A DNA stretch of 64,000 nt from an uncultured Caproiciproducens sp. (lineage in GTDB: Bacteria; Bacillota; Clostridia; Oscillospirales; Acutalibacteraceae): contig OY761810.1 in NCBI GenBank assembly GCA_963664915.1, positions 446,661-510,660 on the forward strand, given 5' to 3'. Made by a program: the position numbers and the translations under genes. Of the stretch, positions 48,284-57,036 are shown piece after piece. Under the pieces are notes generated by a model that saw only the letters and a program-made list of their open reading frames with translations, was not told where the DNA came from and made no database searches. Positions within the stretch are counted from its first letter, which is position 1. Each line of letters opens with the position of its first letter.

Positions 48284-48330
48284 GCGTGTATTCTGTTTTA
48301 GCTTACAGAATACACGCTTATTTTTTTTTT
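48284..48330 (+). terminator. strong intrinsic terminator between glnN and amt
   Basis: 12-bp stem gcgtgtattctg / cagaatacacgc, then ttatttttttttt. It abuts the AGGAGG Shine-Dalgarno sequence of the ammonium transporter gene. Confidence 0.75.
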
Positions 48331-48344
48331 AGGAGGCAACACGC

Positions 48345-50054
48345 ATGACGCAAGTATTCTCTTCTGTTGATACGATCTGGGTACTACTCGGCGCGGCCCT
48401 GGTGTTCTTTATGCAGGCGGGCTTCGCAATGGTTGAAACCGGTTTTACAAGGGCAAAAAATGCTGGCAACATTATCATGAAAAACCTGATGGATTTCTGT
48501 ATCGGAACACCCATTTTCTGGATTTTCGGATTTGGTCTGATGTTTTCAGGAACAGCACCTTTGATCGGCGGTATCGACTTTTTCACAAGAGGCGATTACG
48601 CCGCGAACATGGGATTGACTGTTCCCACAACGGCCTACATTATTTTCCAAACCGTTTTCTGCGCGACAGCCGCGACAATTGTCTCGGGTGCCATGGCGGA
48701 AAGGACAAAATTTATTTCCTACTGCATTTACAGCGCATGTATCAGCGCATTTGTCTACCCTGTTTCCGGTCACTGGATTTGGGGCGGCGGCTGGCTGGCG
48801 CAGATTGGATTCCACGATTTTGCTGGTTCCACCGCCGTTCATATGGTTGGCGGCCTTGCAGCATTAATCGGCGCAAAAATGCTTGGCCCCCGTATTGGCA
48901 AATATGACAAGAACGGGAACCCAAAAGCGATTCCCGGGCACAGCCTGACCCTTGGTGCGCTTGGCGTATTCATTCTCTGGTTCTGCTGGTTCGGATTCAA
49001 CGGATGCTCTACAATCTCCATGACCGGAGATGATATGCTTGCATCCGCAAGCAAAATCTTTGTCAACACAAATCTTGCCGCTGCTGTGGCAACTGTGACT
49101 GTTATGATTATCACATGGTTTCGTTACAAAAAACCGGATGTTTCCATGACCTTGAACGGATCCCTCGCAGGCCTTGTTGCAATTACCGCGGGCTGCGATG
49201 CGGTTTCTCCGGTCGGCGCATTCTTCATTGGTTTGATTTCCGGGTTTATTGTCGTATTCGGCATTGAATTTGTTGATAAGAAATTAAAAATAGACGACCC
49301 GGTCGGCGCGGTCGGCGTACATTTTCTAAACGGAGCCGGCGGCACCATATTAACTGGATTTTTCGCGGTAGACGGCGGACTGCTTTACGGCGGCGGTTTC
49401 AAGTTCCTTGGCACACAAATCCTTGGTGTTCTGGCCGTGTGCGCATGGGTTACCGTTGCAATGCTGATTATCTTTACGGTAATCAAGAAAACCGTTGGCC
49501 TTCGTGTTGACCCGGAAGAAGAACTGATGGGTCTGGACATTAAGGAACATGGCATTGTAAGCGCATACGCAGATTTCCTGCCAATGGACGGCCACGCTTT
49601 GTTTACTGAGGCAGATTTCGTATCTGTTGAAGAAAGCGTACCCGTGTCACACTATCCCGAAGCACCGACTGTTTCTTCCTCCGTCAGCGGTAAAAAACTG
49701 ACGAAAGTTGTGATGATATTCAACAAGAGTAAATTTGAGGCAATGAAATCCGCAATGAACGAGATCGGCGTAACGGGAATGACCGTTACCAATGTTCTTG
49801 GCTGCGGAACTCAAAAGGGCCAGACAGAATATTATCGCGGTGTGAAGTTTGATGAGGTTACTCTGCTTCCAAAAATAAAGCTTGAGTTGGTAGTCAGTGC
49901 CGTCCCTGTTGAACTCGTTACCAGCACGGCCAAGAAGGTTTTGTACACCGGAAAAATCGGCGACGGAAAAATCTTTGTCTACGACGTTGAAAACGTGATT
50001 AAGGTCCGTACCGGTGAAGAAGGCTATGAAGCGTTGCAGGGTGATGCTGATTAA
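48345..50054 (+). CDS. amt: ammonium transporter fused to a C-terminal P-II (GlnK/GlnB) domain
   Basis: The N-terminal ~430 aa are Amt ([25 protein letters not shown]; [11 protein letters not shown]). The C-terminal ~112 aa align with P-II ([26 protein letters not shown]...[24 protein letters not shown]). Confidence 0.9.
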   Translation: MTQVFSSVDTIWVLLGAALVFFMQAGFAMVETGFTRAKNAGNIIMKNLMDFCIGTPIFWIFGFGLMFSGTAPLIGGIDFFTRGDYAANMGLTVPTTAYIIFQTVFCATAATIVSGAMAERTKFISYCIYSACISAFVYPVSGHWIWGGGWLAQIGFHDFAGSTAVHMVGGLAALIGAKMLGPRIGKYDKNGNPKAIPGHSLTLGALGVFILWFCWFGFNGCSTISMTGDDMLASASKIFVNTNLAAAVATVTVMIITWFRYKKPDVSMTLNGSLAGLVAITAGCDAVSPVGAFFIGLISGFIVVFGIEFVDKKLKIDDPVGAVGVHFLNGAGGTILTGFFAVDGGLLYGGGFKFLGTQILGVLAVCAWVTVAMLIIFTVIKKTVGLRVDPEEELMGLDIKEHGIVSAYADFLPMDGHALFTEADFVSVEESVPVSHYPEAPTVSSSVSGKKLTKVVMIFNKSKFEAMKSAMNEIGVTGMTVTNVLGCGTQKGQTEYYRGVKFDEVTLLPKIKLELVVSAVPVELVTSTAKKVLYTGKIGDGKIFVYDVENVIKVRTGEEGYEALQGDAD

Positions 50055-50092
50055 TTATTTAGAGTACAAGATCTTTACATATCTTCCTATAT

Positions 50093-50132
50093 AAAGCGGG
50101 CGGTCTGTCATCACTGGCAGGCCGCCCGCTTT
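50093..50132 (+). terminator. 18-bp hairpin after amt (probable terminator)
   Basis: aaagcgggcggtctgtca-tcac-tggcaggccgcccgcttt with two G:U pairs. It starts 39 nt after the amt stop. The T-tract is short. Confidence 0.55.
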
Positions 50133-50135
50133 ATG

Positions 50136-50245
50136 ATGCCACTTGACAGAAAGAGTAATTCATATAATAATGAGAGAATATATGGGAAGGCCGCACGCCG
50201 AGGATGAGTTCAAGCCAGGAGACCTGCCGTAAATAAGGTTCGTAA
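50136..50245 (+). promoter_or_regulatory. cobalamin-riboswitch-like leader (B12 box; only the 3' half is recognisable)
   Basis: Blocks in canonical order: GCCACT (50138), TGGGAAGGC (50183), GAGGATGAGT (50200), B12 box AGCCAGGAGACCTGCC (50213-50228), ATAAGG (50233). The usual GGGAA..GGTG.AA.TCC..CCCGC core was not convincingly found upstream. Confidence 0.4.
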
Positions 50246-50265
50246 ATTTAGTCGGAGGGATTAAA

Positions 50266-51723
50266 ATGACTGTAAAAAAAATAACGGCGGCGCTGTGTGC
50301 GCTTGCCTTCGTGATTTCAGCCGCGGTCGGTGCGTCGGCAGCCGACAGCGCGGACTGGCCCCAGTTTCTCGGTTCGCCGACGGCGTCCGGGCTGACCACT
50401 GCCAAAACGTCGGTCAACGCCGCGTCGGCTAATCAGATTTGGACGGTGAAGCACAGCATTACCAGCGAATACAACGGAGCAAAATATGAGAATAACGCCT
50501 GCGGAACTCCTATCGCTGTAGGCAGTTATCTTTATATGACAACTGCGGACGGTAAACTGCTGAAGCTCGACGCGGCGACCGGAAAAACCGCCGCATCCGC
50601 CGAGTGTTTGAACATTCCCCTGTATTTTTCCCAAATTGCCTTTGGCGACGGAAAAATTTACGTTCCGCAGCAAACGTTTGCCGGCGTTCAAATTTCCGCC
50701 TTTGACGCAGAGAATCTGACCCCCGTCTGGCAAAGCGACGCAATCGCTTATGGGGAATCGGCACAGCAGATCTCCTCCCCCATCACCTATTACGATCACC
50801 GCATTTATTTTGGAACCTATACGCAGGATGCGGCGACCTACGCCTACACTTCCGGCGTGTTTGTCTGCATGGACACTTCCACAGGCAAAACCGCGTGGCT
50901 GCATGAAAACAGCACTGCGGGTTATTACTGGAACGGCAGCGCCGTTACGGGCACAGCCGTCGCGGTCTCCGACACCGCCGGAACCATTACCGCCTATCGT
51001 CTGACGGACGGCGCCGTTGTCAGCACCGTTACCGCGGGCGGGCCGGTCAGTTCCACCCTTTGTATTGCACAGGGCAGACTGTACGCCTCCGTAAAATCCG
51101 GTTATATCTATTCGGCGAAAATGGATGCAGGCGGCATGATTTACGGCAGTACGGCGGTCAAATCCGCGGTACTTGGCAACAGCATTACCTCAAGCCCTGT
51201 CGTTTTCAACAACAGGCTTTACGTTGCTGGCGGCGGCTATAACGCAACGACGCCATTCTCCGTTTTAGATGCCGAAAGTCTAAAAACCATCTATCAGATC
51301 AGCGGCATCCAATCACAATCCTCCCCCCTCGTCTCCACCGCTTACGCGGCGGACAAAAACAAACAGCAGGTGTCTATTTACGTCACGAAATACGGCACAC
51401 TGGACGAGAATTACGCCTTTACGAAGGATTCCTCCAGTGTATATGTCATTAGCGACCACGCGGGACAGACAAAGCCTTCTTACGAAATCCTGTTTACGCC
51501 GCCGGTGCCGCAGTCTTCCTCGCAGAGCCTTGTGCCCTCAAAAGACGGCTCCCTGTTCTATTTTAACGACAGCGGCAGTTTATACGCCATTGCAAGAAAA
51601 GCGCCTCTCGCGTCCCCGGCGACCGGGGAAGAGCCTGTCGCAATGCCTATCGTCGTTGTGATGTTGAGCGCCGCCGTTGTTTTCGTCCTGCAAAGAAAGC
51701 CTGATTTTTCGGAGCTGCCATGA
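50266..51723 (+). CDS. secreted PQQ-like beta-propeller repeat protein with (S/P)PXTG-like sorting signal
   Basis: Signal peptide (AAVGASAADSADWPQF). Repeated PQQ/BamB-like blades (YLYMTTADGKLLKLDAATGK; VFVCMDTSTGKTAWL; GTITAYRLTDGAV; SLFYFNDSGSLYAI). The C-terminus has SPATGE, a hydrophobic stretch and QRK. Confidence 0.85.
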   Translation: MTVKKITAALCALAFVISAAVGASAADSADWPQFLGSPTASGLTTAKTSVNAASANQIWTVKHSITSEYNGAKYENNACGTPIAVGSYLYMTTADGKLLKLDAATGKTAASAECLNIPLYFSQIAFGDGKIYVPQQTFAGVQISAFDAENLTPVWQSDAIAYGESAQQISSPITYYDHRIYFGTYTQDAATYAYTSGVFVCMDTSTGKTAWLHENSTAGYYWNGSAVTGTAVAVSDTAGTITAYRLTDGAVVSTVTAGGPVSSTLCIAQGRLYASVKSGYIYSAKMDAGGMIYGSTAVKSAVLGNSITSSPVVFNNRLYVAGGGYNATTPFSVLDAESLKTIYQISGIQSQSSPLVSTAYAADKNKQQVSIYVTKYGTLDENYAFTKDSSSVYVISDHAGQTKPSYEILFTPPVPQSSSQSLVPSKDGSLFYFNDSGSLYAIARKAPLASPATGEEPVAMPIVVVMLSAAVVFVLQRKPDFSELP

Positions 51724-52391
51724 AATATAAAATCCTAACAATTCTGTGCGTACTCTGCGTCCTGTCCGGATGCAGAGTGGAACTTCCGCCTCAAAGTGCG
51801 GCCGGTCAGGCAACCTCAGCTGTAAACTCTCAGGAAGTTTCACAGGACGAAAGCGGCAGCGAGGCTTCCGCAATGGTTCCTTCCGTTCCGGAAAGCGCGG
51901 CTGTCTCTGCTTCAACTCCGGTTTCTCCCGCGCCCTCAAAGGCAAACACTTCCGGTCCTGCTGCTGCTTCAAAACCGGCTGCTTCAAAACCGTCCGCTTC
52001 GGGAACTGCGAAAGAACAAAGCTGTACCCTGTTAATCTCATGCGGTGATATTTTGAAGAGCAGGGACAAATTCAGCGCGGATCAGCTTTCCATAGTACCG
52101 GAGGACGGCGTGATCTACAGTGAAAAGACCATTGCCATAAAAAGCGGAGACACCGTCTTTGATGTGCTTCTGCGCGAAACAAAAGCAGACAAAATACAGA
52201 TGGAATTCGTTGCTTCTCCGGTTTATCAGACCAACTACATTAAGTCAATTGATAATATTTATGAAAAAGCTTTTGGCAGCACAAGCGGCTGGATGTACAC
52301 GGTAAACAGCAAACAGCCGCCCGTTGCCGCAAGCGGCTATAAGCTGAAAAACGGCGATAAAATTCAATGGCTGTACGTATGCGGCCAATAA
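51720..52391 (+). CDS. DUF4430-domain lipoprotein
   Basis: Lipobox VLSGC. Ser/Ala/Pro-rich tether with an AASKPAASKP repeat. The C-terminal domain has GSTSGWMYTVNSKQPPVAASGYKLKNGDKIQWLY, the DUF4430 hallmark. Confidence 0.85.
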   Translation: MKYKILTILCVLCVLSGCRVELPPQSAAGQATSAVNSQEVSQDESGSEASAMVPSVPESAAVSASTPVSPAPSKANTSGPAAASKPAASKPSASGTAKEQSCTLLISCGDILKSRDKFSADQLSIVPEDGVIYSEKTIAIKSGDTVFDVLLRETKADKIQMEFVASPVYQTNYIKSIDNIYEKAFGSTSGWMYTVNSKQPPVAASGYKLKNGDKIQWLYVCGQ

Positions 52392-52414
52392 ACGGCATTG
52401 GGAAGAAAACTTTG

Positions 52415-53293
52415 ATGAAAAACCATTTCGGCAGGCTCCATCCTGCTATTCTTTTTATTTATTTCGCGTCTGTTATCCTGTTCTCCATGTTCTTCATGCA
52501 TCCGGTTTTTCTGGCGATTTCGTTTTTGAGCGGCTTCGTCTGTTCTCTTATGCTCAATTCAAAAAAAGCCTTGGGGTTTAATCTGAAATTTCTTTTGCCG
52601 CTCATTCTGGTAATGGCGATAATCAACCCTCTGCTCAACCACGCCGGAGCAACCATCCTGCTATATGTAAATGACAACCCCATTACACTCGAATCGTGTA
52701 TATACGGGATTGCGGCGGCGTGTATGTTCGCAAGCGTGCTTCTGTGGTTCTCGTGCAGCAACGCCGTGATGACCTCCGATAAAATCACCTATCTTTTCGG
52801 ACGCGCGGCTCCCTCGTTCTCGTTGATGTTTTCCATGGTTCTGCGTTTTGTGCCTCGCTTTAAAGCGCAGATTCTAGTCATCAGCAATGCGCAGAAGGGA
52901 ATCGGAAAAGGCGCGGACACCGGCAGCATTGCCGTGCGTGCAAAAAACGGGATCAAGATTCTTTCGATGTTGACCACGTGGGCGCTTGAAAACGGGATTA
53001 CCACCGCGGATTCTATGCGGGCACGCGGCTACGGTCTTGCCGGACGCACGAATTTCAGCCGGTATAAATTCGCCAAAACGGATAAAATAACTTTAATATT
53101 ACTCTTTGTATTATTGGCAGTCGTTATTTACGGCTTTATAGCGGGAGAAAACAATATCAGATACTTTCCGTCGTTTTCTGTCAAGCCAGTAACGCCGTTC
53201 AGTGCTTTGATTTACGCGGCATATTTTCTGCTCTGTTCGTTTCCCCTGCTGATTCATGCAGTATTCGAGGTAAAATACCATGGCAATCATTGA
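52415..53293 (+). CDS. ECF transporter transmembrane (T) component (CbiQ/EcfT family)
   Basis: Polytopic protein with a conserved C-terminal Arg-containing helix region (TADSMRARGYG). ATG 52415 was chosen over the track start. Confidence 0.85.
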   Translation: MKNHFGRLHPAILFIYFASVILFSMFFMHPVFLAISFLSGFVCSLMLNSKKALGFNLKFLLPLILVMAIINPLLNHAGATILLYVNDNPITLESCIYGIAAACMFASVLLWFSCSNAVMTSDKITYLFGRAAPSFSLMFSMVLRFVPRFKAQILVISNAQKGIGKGADTGSIAVRAKNGIKILSMLTTWALENGITTADSMRARGYGLAGRTNFSRYKFAKTDKITLILLFVLLAVVIYGFIAGENNIRYFPSFSVKPVTPFSALIYAAYFLLCSFPLLIHAVFEVKYHGNH

Positions 53294-54914
53294 AATAAAA
53301 CAGTTCAGCTTCACCTATCCGGATGAACAGGAGCCCGCGCTGAAAAACGTCAGTCTAAAGGTCGGCGAAGGTGAATTTATTGTGCCCTGCGGGCTGTCTG
53401 GCTGCGGCAAAACAACGCTGCTGCGCCAGTTGAAACCCGCATTGACCCCGCACGGCGAAAGCAGCGGAGGCATCCTTTTTTGCGGCAAACCGCTGAAGGA
53501 GCTTGATTTGCGTACCCAGACGGCAGGCATCGGTTTTGTCATGCAGTCGCCGGAAGAGCAGATTGTAACGGATAAGGTATGGCATGAGCTCGCGTTCGGA
53601 CTGGAAAGCCTCGGCCTTGATAATCAGACCATCCGGCTGCGCACTGCGGAAATGGCCAGTTTCTTCGGGATTGAAGCATGGTTCGAAAAGGACGTTTCTT
53701 CCCTTTCCGGCGGGCAGAAACAGCTTTTAAATCTGGCTTCCATTATGGCTATGCAGCCAAAAGTGCTGCTGCTGGACGAGCCCACCTCGCAGCTTGACCC
53801 AATTGCGGCGGCGGATTTTCTTGCCGCTGTGCGAAAAATAAATGCTGAACTGGGCGTTGCCGTCATTCTGACCGAACAAAGGCTGCAGGAAGTATTCCCC
53901 ATGGCCGACCGGGTGGTTGTGCTGGACCGCGGTCGAATCTTCGCAGATGCACCTCCGCGTGAAGCCGGCGCGGTACTGTTTCAAAGCAACCACCCCATGG
54001 CGGCGGCTCTGCCTGCACCCATGAAAATTTGCGGTGCCGTAAAAAACAGCCTCCCCTGTCCGATGACCGTACGGGAAGGCAGGCAGTGGCTGGAAGAACT
54101 GTTCCGGAATCAAACAATACGGTTCAACAGCATAGAAGAACCGCATACCAAAACAGAGGGCAGCGATGCAGTCAGTTTAAAGGAATGCTGGTTTTCCTAT
54201 GATAAAAATGAACCCGACGTGATAAAAGATCTTTCCCTGCACATTCCAAGGGGCGGTTTATACTGCATCGTAGGCGGGAACGGAACCGGAAAAAGCACCG
54301 CGCTCGGCATCATGGCTGGAATCTATAAACCGTATCGCGGCAAGGTGAAGGTCAGCGGGCGCACCGCATTACTTCCGCAGAACCCGCAGGCGCTTTTTTT
54401 AAAAAACACGGTTGAAGGTGATCTGGCCGAAGCACTGGACGAAAAGCTTTCCGCTGATGAAAAGGAACAAAAAATACAAGATGTCGCCGAGCTTGTGGAA
54501 ATCGGTAATCTGCTCCACCGGCATCCGTATGATCTGAGCGGCGGCGAACAGCAGCGGGCGGCTCTTGGGAAGGTGCTGCTGACGCAGCCTGAAATTCTTC
54601 TGCTGGATGAACCGACCAAAGGACTGGATTCTTTTTTTAAAATAAGATTTGCGGATATTCTGAATAAGCTGATCAAATCCGGAGTCACCGTTGTGATGGT
54701 ATCGCATGATATCGAATTCTGCGCCGAATTTTCCGACAGCTGTGCCCTGTTTTTTAACGGAACCGTCGTCGCTGACGGCAGCGCACATACTTTCTTCTCC
54801 GGCAACAGCTTTTACACCACCGCCGCCAGCCGAATGACGCGGGGCTTGTTCCAAAATGCTGTGAGAAACGGAGATGTGATCGCGCTGTGCAACAAAAATC
54901 AAGACGCAGACTGA
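53280..54914 (+). CDS. ECF transporter fused double ATPase (A-A')
   Basis: Two complete ABC cassettes (GLSGCGKTT..LSGGQKQ..LLLDEP; GGNGTGKST..LSGGEQQ..LLLDEP). Confidence 0.9.
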   Translation: MAIIEIKQFSFTYPDEQEPALKNVSLKVGEGEFIVPCGLSGCGKTTLLRQLKPALTPHGESSGGILFCGKPLKELDLRTQTAGIGFVMQSPEEQIVTDKVWHELAFGLESLGLDNQTIRLRTAEMASFFGIEAWFEKDVSSLSGGQKQLLNLASIMAMQPKVLLLDEPTSQLDPIAAADFLAAVRKINAELGVAVILTEQRLQEVFPMADRVVVLDRGRIFADAPPREAGAVLFQSNHPMAAALPAPMKICGAVKNSLPCPMTVREGRQWLEELFRNQTIRFNSIEEPHTKTEGSDAVSLKECWFSYDKNEPDVIKDLSLHIPRGGLYCIVGGNGTGKSTALGIMAGIYKPYRGKVKVSGRTALLPQNPQALFLKNTVEGDLAEALDEKLSADEKEQKIQDVAELVEIGNLLHRHPYDLSGGEQQRAALGKVLLTQPEILLLDEPTKGLDSFFKIRFADILNKLIKSGVTVVMVSHDIEFCAEFSDSCALFFNGTVVADGSAHTFFSGNSFYTTAASRMTRGLFQNAVRNGDVIALCNKNQDAD

Positions 54915-55603
54915 CGAAGAGTGAATGGCTGACCTGTGTATCGGCATTGGTTCTGGCTCCCGCAGCTGTTCTTTGGGGCGTGTACGGGCCGGGCGACCGG
55001 AAATATTATTTCATCAGCTTTATCATCATTCTATGCGCCATGCTTCCATTTTTTCTGGTGTTTGAACGCCGACGCCCGCAGGCGCGGGAGTTGGTCACAC
55101 TGTCGGTGCTGTGCGCCGTTGCGGTAGCCGGACGCGCGGCGTTCTATATGCTGCCGCAATTCAAGCCTGTCGCGGCGATTGTCATCATTACCGGCGTATC
55201 ATTGGGTGCGCAGTCCGGTTTTCTTGTGGGCGCTATGAGCGCCTTTGTTTCGAATTTCTTTTTTGGACAGGGACCGAACACACCGTGGCAGATGTTCGCG
55301 TTCGGCATTCTCGGATTTCTGGCAGGTATTCTGTATGAACATGGCCCGCTGAGCAGCAGCCGGTTTTCGCTTTGCATTTTCGGCGGATCAGCAACCCTTG
55401 TTCTGTATGGCGGGATTGTAAACGCCGGCACGCTGCTGGTCAGCGGCTTGCCCGTGACTCTTCCCGCATATTTTGCGGTCTGTCTCGGCTCGCTGCCCTT
55501 TGACCTGATTCATGCGGCGGCAAGCGTATTCTTTCTGTTTTTTATTTCTAAGCCGATGATTGAAAAAATCGAAAGAATCAAGAAGAAATACGGATTAATG
55601 TGA
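54887..55603 (+). CDS. ECF transporter substrate-specific (S) component (CbrT-like position)
   Basis: 238 aa, about 6 TM segments and small. It is the last gene of a dedicated ECF operon. Substrate assignment is by context only. Confidence 0.65.
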   Translation: MQQKSRRRLTKSEWLTCVSALVLAPAAVLWGVYGPGDRKYYFISFIIILCAMLPFFLVFERRRPQARELVTLSVLCAVAVAGRAAFYMLPQFKPVAAIVIITGVSLGAQSGFLVGAMSAFVSNFFFGQGPNTPWQMFAFGILGFLAGILYEHGPLSSSRFSLCIFGGSATLVLYGGIVNAGTLLVSGLPVTLPAYFAVCLGSLPFDLIHAAASVFFLFFISKPMIEKIERIKKKYGLM

Positions 55604-55830
55604 GATTTTTGTCTAATAATATAATCTGTTGACTATTTTATACAGATAGTATAATTTATTTTATCGTGCAGGGAACTTGCGGTGACCTGTATCTGCGTTT
55701 CGCTTCGCTTTTTCAGATGGGAGTAATTGAGTCTGCATTGGTAGGTTGGCTTATTTTCATTACTCGTGTTCAATGGATTTTCGTGCTATAATCTTTTCAA
55801 TATAATACAGTTTGAGGGGAAGCGGTAATT

Positions 55831-56238
55831 TTGTATTATCAGCAGGACTGGGTTATGCGTCAAATTGAAATGATGGTTCAATTTATAACAATGACGGTAT
55901 TGCACAAGGATTCAATCCACTACGAGATTATTGATGAGACCAATCTGTCTAAAACAGATTCTTTGTATAAAGAATTGTGCGGTTTGATTGCAAAACATCG
56001 GATTTGTGAAGCTGAAAATCTATTATATGAAAACCTGAATGAAGGTAACACAGAGTATCTGGAAATGGCTCTTGATTTTTATCAGACGATCAATCAGATG
56101 ACTGACGATGAATTAGAGAAATGTAATTTTTCCAGAGAGGAAATCAACGACGGTATCAATGAAATGCTACGCAGGTTTCATATTGCTATTGACATAGCAG
56201 GGGATGGAAGTGAATCCCATACGAAATATGATAAGTAA
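55831..56238 (+). CDS. hypothetical protein
   Basis: 135-aa ORF (TTG start; alternative ATG 55855). Followed by a strong terminator. No motif recognised. Confidence 0.5.
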   Translation: MYYQQDWVMRQIEMMVQFITMTVLHKDSIHYEIIDETNLSKTDSLYKELCGLIAKHRICEAENLLYENLNEGNTEYLEMALDFYQTINQMTDDELEKCNFSREEINDGINEMLRRFHIAIDIAGDGSESHTKYDK

Positions 56239-56280
56239 CGGTAGGGGAACTGCTGACCAGCAGTTCCCCTACCGTTTTTA
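56237..56280 (+). terminator. intrinsic terminator
   Basis: 19-bp perfect stem aacggtaggggaactgctg / cagcagttcccctaccgtt, 3-nt loop, then ttt. Confidence 0.8.
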
Positions 56281-56505
56281 AGTGCTCGCCAAAGCTGAAA
56301 AGAAAAATGCCGCCGTTTTATAGACGCTATTTATGAAAGAAGAGAAATCCCCTGTGTTCCAACCGGCTGAACGGGTGGATGTGCAAAGGATGTGCAGAAG
56401 AATGGTTATTTGCAAGACGTTTAACGTATGCTATATTGATTACAGCGCTTTAAGTAATGAATGAAACAGAGCAGCTATTGAAATTTGTGATTGGCAGGGA
56501 TTTTT

Positions 56506-56763
56506 ATGAAAAAATTTACTTATCAAATTACGGACGCGCAGGGAATCCATGCACGGCCCGCGGGTTTATTGACACAGGAAGCAAAACAGTTTTCATCTTC
56601 GGTTAAAATATGTAAAGGAAGCGTCGAATCGGACGCCAAGCGTATTTTTTCGATTATGGGCCTTGCTGCCAAGCCGGGTGAAACCGTCAGCGTGATCGTG
56701 GAGGGCGAAGACGAAGGAAAGGCCGCCGCCGCACTGGAAGCTTTCTTTAAGAAAAACCTTTAA
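56506..56763 (+). CDS. ptsH: HPr-family phosphocarrier protein
   Basis: MKKFTYQITDAQGIHARPAG (His-15 context) and a Ser-46-like KRIFSIMGL. 85 aa from ATG 56506. Confidence 0.88.
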   Translation: MKKFTYQITDAQGIHARPAGLLTQEAKQFSSSVKICKGSVESDAKRIFSIMGLAAKPGETVSVIVEGEDEGKAAAALEAFFKKNL

Positions 56764-57036
56764 TCCGGGAAGGGCCGCTGCCTGAATTCAAGCAGCGGCC
56801 CTTCTCATAATCAAACGTCAAAATCAGAAATAACGATTCCCATGTTCGAATAAAATTTACAATTAATTAATAATTATTTTATATTATTTATAGTTTTAGC
56901 CAAAATATATTGATTATTTTCTCGGATTGATTGTGCAATACGTGTGCAACAAGTTGGTATTGCAGAACGACTCTGATTATTTATAATGGAAATAGAGGCT
57001 CTTCTGATCTTCAGGATCAGATAGTGGGGAAAACAC

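Noticed and set aside
50093-50135. Possibility that the hairpin after amt is the missing 5' core (GGGAA..GGTG..CCCGC) of the cobalamin riboswitch
   Set aside because: Loose block similarity exists (AAAGCGGGC, GGTC, GCAG, CCCGC). However, the sequence forms a near-perfect 18-bp hairpin with a 4-nt loop 39 nt after the amt stop. That fits a terminator far better than the P3-P5 junction, whose L4 loop consensus is absent. This is left as an open caveat on the riboswitch call.
50160-50417. 85-aa minus-strand ORF
   Set aside because: It overlaps the B12-box leader and the signal-peptide region of the propeller gene in antisense, with no support.
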